This document shows positions 40,562-43,223 of a stretch of DNA of 43,223 nt, in pieces; positions within the stretch are counted from its first letter, which is position 1; every line of letters starts with the position of its first letter. The stretch spans positions 1-43,223 of the forward strand of contig JAQBHB010000057.1 in the NCBI GenBank assembly GCA_032128115.1, read 5' to 3'. Origin of the DNA: Deltaproteobacteria bacterium (lineage in GTDB: Bacteria > Myxococcota_A > UBA9160 > SMWR01). The translations under genes and the position numbers were made by a program. The notes beneath the pieces are model-generated. The model did not search any database, was not told the origin of the DNA, and saw nothing but the letters and a program-made list of their open reading frames with translations.

Positions 40562-41158
40562 GTGACCGACCGCAAGGCCGACAAACGGCGGCTCCGGGGC
40601 GAGATGGCGTCGCAACGCCGTTGCGTCGATCCCGCACATGCGCTCGAGGCCGGTCGGGCCGTGGCGCGCTACCTGCTGGCAGAGCTCTCGGTGCAGACGG
40701 CGGCGCGTGTCGCCCTGTATGCGGCTCTCCCGGATGAGCTTCCCAGTCGGCCGCTCTTCGAAGGTCTGGTGAAGGCGGGCGTGCAGGTGCTGCTGCCTCG
40801 AATTGCCGGCGATCGCGCCCTGGTCTTCTGCTCAGTAGAACACTGGAGCGATCTGCGGGTATCGGGGCGCCTTCGGATCCTGGAGCCCCCAGAGGGCAGC
40901 CCCCGGGTCCGGCCGGTACAGGGGGATGTGGTGATGGTTCCCGGGGTGGCGTTCGACGCCGACGGTTGGCGCCTGGGCCGCGGGGCCGGCTACTACGATC
41001 GGGCCTTCCCACCCGAGGCCGACGCGCCGCCGCTCCTGTTCGGGCTCGCCTATGCGTTCCAGGTGGTGCCGTCGCTGCCCCACGGCTCGCACGATCGCAG
41101 GATGGATGCCATCGTCACCGAGCGCGGTGTTGTCCGCGTGCAGGGGGCTGGTTCGTGA
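40562..41158 (+). CDS. fau: 5-formyltetrahydrofolate cyclo-ligase
   Basis: K..LR, VALY....DE, LPR, ILEP, VPGVAFD..G.RLGRGAGYYDR, HD.RMD.IVTE. Confidence 0.93.
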   Translation: MTDRKADKRRLRGEMASQRRCVDPAHALEAGRAVARYLLAELSVQTAARVALYAALPDELPSRPLFEGLVKAGVQVLLPRIAGDRALVFCSVEHWSDLRVSGRLRILEPPEGSPRVRPVQGDVVMVPGVAFDADGWRLGRGAGYYDRAFPPEADAPPLLFGLAYAFQVVPSLPHGSHDRRMDAIVTERGVVRVQGAGS

Positions 41159-42387
41159 CTGCGAAATCGCGCGGGTCCGAGCTCGAGCGACAGCTCGCAG
41201 TGATGCGCGACGGGGCCGTCGATTTCTATGGCGAGGTCGAGTTGGCCGAACGCCTGGAGTTGGCGCTGGCCGAACATCGCCCCCTGCGGATCAAGCTGGG
41301 CATGGACCCCTCGTCGCCCGACCTGCACCTGGGACACACGGTGGTGCTGCGCAAGCTCGAGCGGCTCCAGGAGCTGGGCCATACGCCCATCTTCCTGGTG
41401 GGCGACTTCACTGCCACCATCGGCGACCCCTCGGGCCGCAAGAAGACGCGGCCACCCCTCACCCCTGAGGAGGTGAAGCGCAATGCCACCACCTACGTGG
41501 ATCAGGTGGGGCGCCTCCTGGACGTGGGGCGGGCCGAGGTGCGCTTCAACAGCGAGTGGATGCGCGAGATGTCGTCGGCCCGTTGGGTCGAACTCTGTTC
41601 CCACTACACCGTGGCGCGACTCCTGGAACGCGACGACTTCGCCAAGCGCTACGGGGCTGGCGAAGCCATCTCGGTCCACGAGTTCCTGTATCCCTTCGTG
41701 CAGGCCTACGACTCGGTGGCTCTCCACGCAGACATCGAACTCGGGGGGACGGACCAGACCTTCAATCTCCTGATGGCACGCGAGATCCAGCGCGCTTACG
41801 ACCAACCGCCCCAGGCGGTGATCACCCTCCCGCTTCTGGTGGGCACCGACGGGCACGACAAGATGTCCAAGAGTCTGGGCAACACGATCGACCTCAGCGA
41901 CGCCCCCGAGGACATGTATGGCAAGACCCTGAGCATCTCGGATTCGTTGATGCTCGCATACTTCGACCTGCTGTCGGGCGGGGACTGGGACGACCTGGCT
42001 CCGGCGCGCGAAGCACTGAATCGGGGCGGTGGCGACCCGCTGGCCTTCAAGCACGCCCTGGCCCACCGCCTCGTGGCCCGTTTCCACGGAGACGACGCCG
42101 CGGGGCCCGCCGCCGAGCACTTCCGCCGGGTCATCGGCCGCAAGCAGGCCCCGGAAGACCTGGAAGAACTGGAGATCGAGCTGGGCGCCGACCGGGCGGT
42201 GGGGCTGCTGGACCTGATCGTGCGGCTCGGAATGGCGAAGTCCAAGAGCGAGGCTAGGCGCCTGGTGGAGCAGAATGCCGTCTCGGTAGGGGGCGAGACG
42301 GTGCAGGAAGCGACGCGGCGCCTGGGTACGGGCTCCTATCTGTTGAAGGTCGGGAAACGCCGATTCGCGCAGATTCGGCTGGTCTGA
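41155..42387 (+). CDS. tyrS: Tyrosine--tRNA ligase
   Basis: GTG start overlapping the fau stop. KLGMDPSSPDLHLGH, GDPSG, YPFVQAYDS, ELGGTDQTFN, KMSKS, S4-like SKSEARRLVEQ and KVGKRRF. Confidence 0.96.
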   Translation: MTAKSRGSELERQLAVMRDGAVDFYGEVELAERLELALAEHRPLRIKLGMDPSSPDLHLGHTVVLRKLERLQELGHTPIFLVGDFTATIGDPSGRKKTRPPLTPEEVKRNATTYVDQVGRLLDVGRAEVRFNSEWMREMSSARWVELCSHYTVARLLERDDFAKRYGAGEAISVHEFLYPFVQAYDSVALHADIELGGTDQTFNLLMAREIQRAYDQPPQAVITLPLLVGTDGHDKMSKSLGNTIDLSDAPEDMYGKTLSISDSLMLAYFDLLSGGDWDDLAPAREALNRGGGDPLAFKHALAHRLVARFHGDDAAGPAAEHFRRVIGRKQAPEDLEELEIELGADRAVGLLDLIVRLGMAKSKSEARRLVEQNAVSVGGETVQEATRRLGTGSYLLKVGKRRFAQIRLV

Positions 42388-42465
42388 GGGGTCCGCCGGT
42401 GCTGATGTGCCCCGTGGGGACTTCGGCCTTGCCGGATTCCGAAAAAGGGTTCGAAACAAGGGTAC

Positions 42466-42494
42466 TTGACCGATGCAGGTGCTTCTCGTAACCT
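42466..42494 (+). promoter_or_regulatory. rRNA operon sigma70 promoter
   Basis: TTGACC, 17 bp spacer, TAACCT, with an A-rich upstream stretch, about 300 nt before the 16S gene. Confidence 0.7.
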
Positions 42495-42618
42495 ACGCAA
42501 CTCGCGGAATTTGAAGTGTTTCGGCCGCCGGCGCGCGGCCGCGGAGATAATCTGCAGCGGAATCGGACCGGAAGGTCCGCGCCCCTGAGGCCCGGAACAG
42601 GCTTCAGAAGGCTTCGTT

Positions 42619-42631
42619 CGCTCTTTGAAAA
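42619..42631 (+). promoter_or_regulatory. rrn leader boxA antitermination element
   Basis: CGCTCTTTGAAAA matches the boxA consensus (TGCTCTTTAACA-like) in the 16S leader. Confidence 0.75.
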
Positions 42632-42793
42632 CTGAATAGCGTGCGGTCTATGTCGATTTGGGAAAGTCGATAGACGATTGAGGATGGTATTTCCCGTTTC
42701 GCGATCAGGTCGTGCAGTGAAAATTGTGCGTCGGGTCGCGTTTCCGAACAACCGGGTGTCACACGCGAGTCGTGGGATGCCCGGGCAAGGTTC

Positions 42794-43223
<430 letters not shown>

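Noticed and set aside
42388..42793. tRNA or other ncRNA between tyrS and 16S; ORFs overlapping the rRNA region
   Set aside because: No cloverleaf or T-loop motif is visible. The region is explained by the rrn promoter, boxA and leader, and the ORFs are spurious.

Overview
A very GC-rich bacterial chromosome segment made almost entirely of core genes, ending in the 5' part of a 16S rRNA gene. Gene content and order suggest a deltaproteobacterial lineage, most plausibly Myxococcota-like; this is inference. Order: lolE/C (partial)-lolD, bamA-skp-lpxK-like, TMTC-like GT-C/TPR (-), hldA/rfaE1-yicC-remA-gmk, rel/spoT, purM plus a flavoprotein-like gene (-), GT2 plus a heterodimeric ABC exporter, smc, MFS (-), ftsY, MFS/ferritin-like di-iron/2-hydroxyacid dehydrogenase (-), a PEP-CTERM remnant (-), glpK-GDPD, lrp-gltB-gltD, zapB-like-zapA-fau-tyrS, then the rrn promoter, boxA and 16S. 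I found no mobile element, prophage, defence system or CRISPR array. The strongest signals concern the cell envelope. The lpxD-fabZ-lpxA-lpxB-msbA-waaA block usually found after skp is absent, and skp abuts an intact LpxK homologue. That homologue keeps its ATP/Mg motifs but has replaced the catalytic base and several other near-invariant residues, making it a candidate pseudokinase or re-specified lipid kinase. BamA is enlarged (extra N-terminal domain, six POTRA-like units, large loop-6 inserts). Other points: a probable ATT-initiated zapB-like gene, no room for 6S RNA at its usual zapA-fau site, and a 5'-truncated PEP-CTERM gene. All calls come from reading motifs by eye; no database searches were run.
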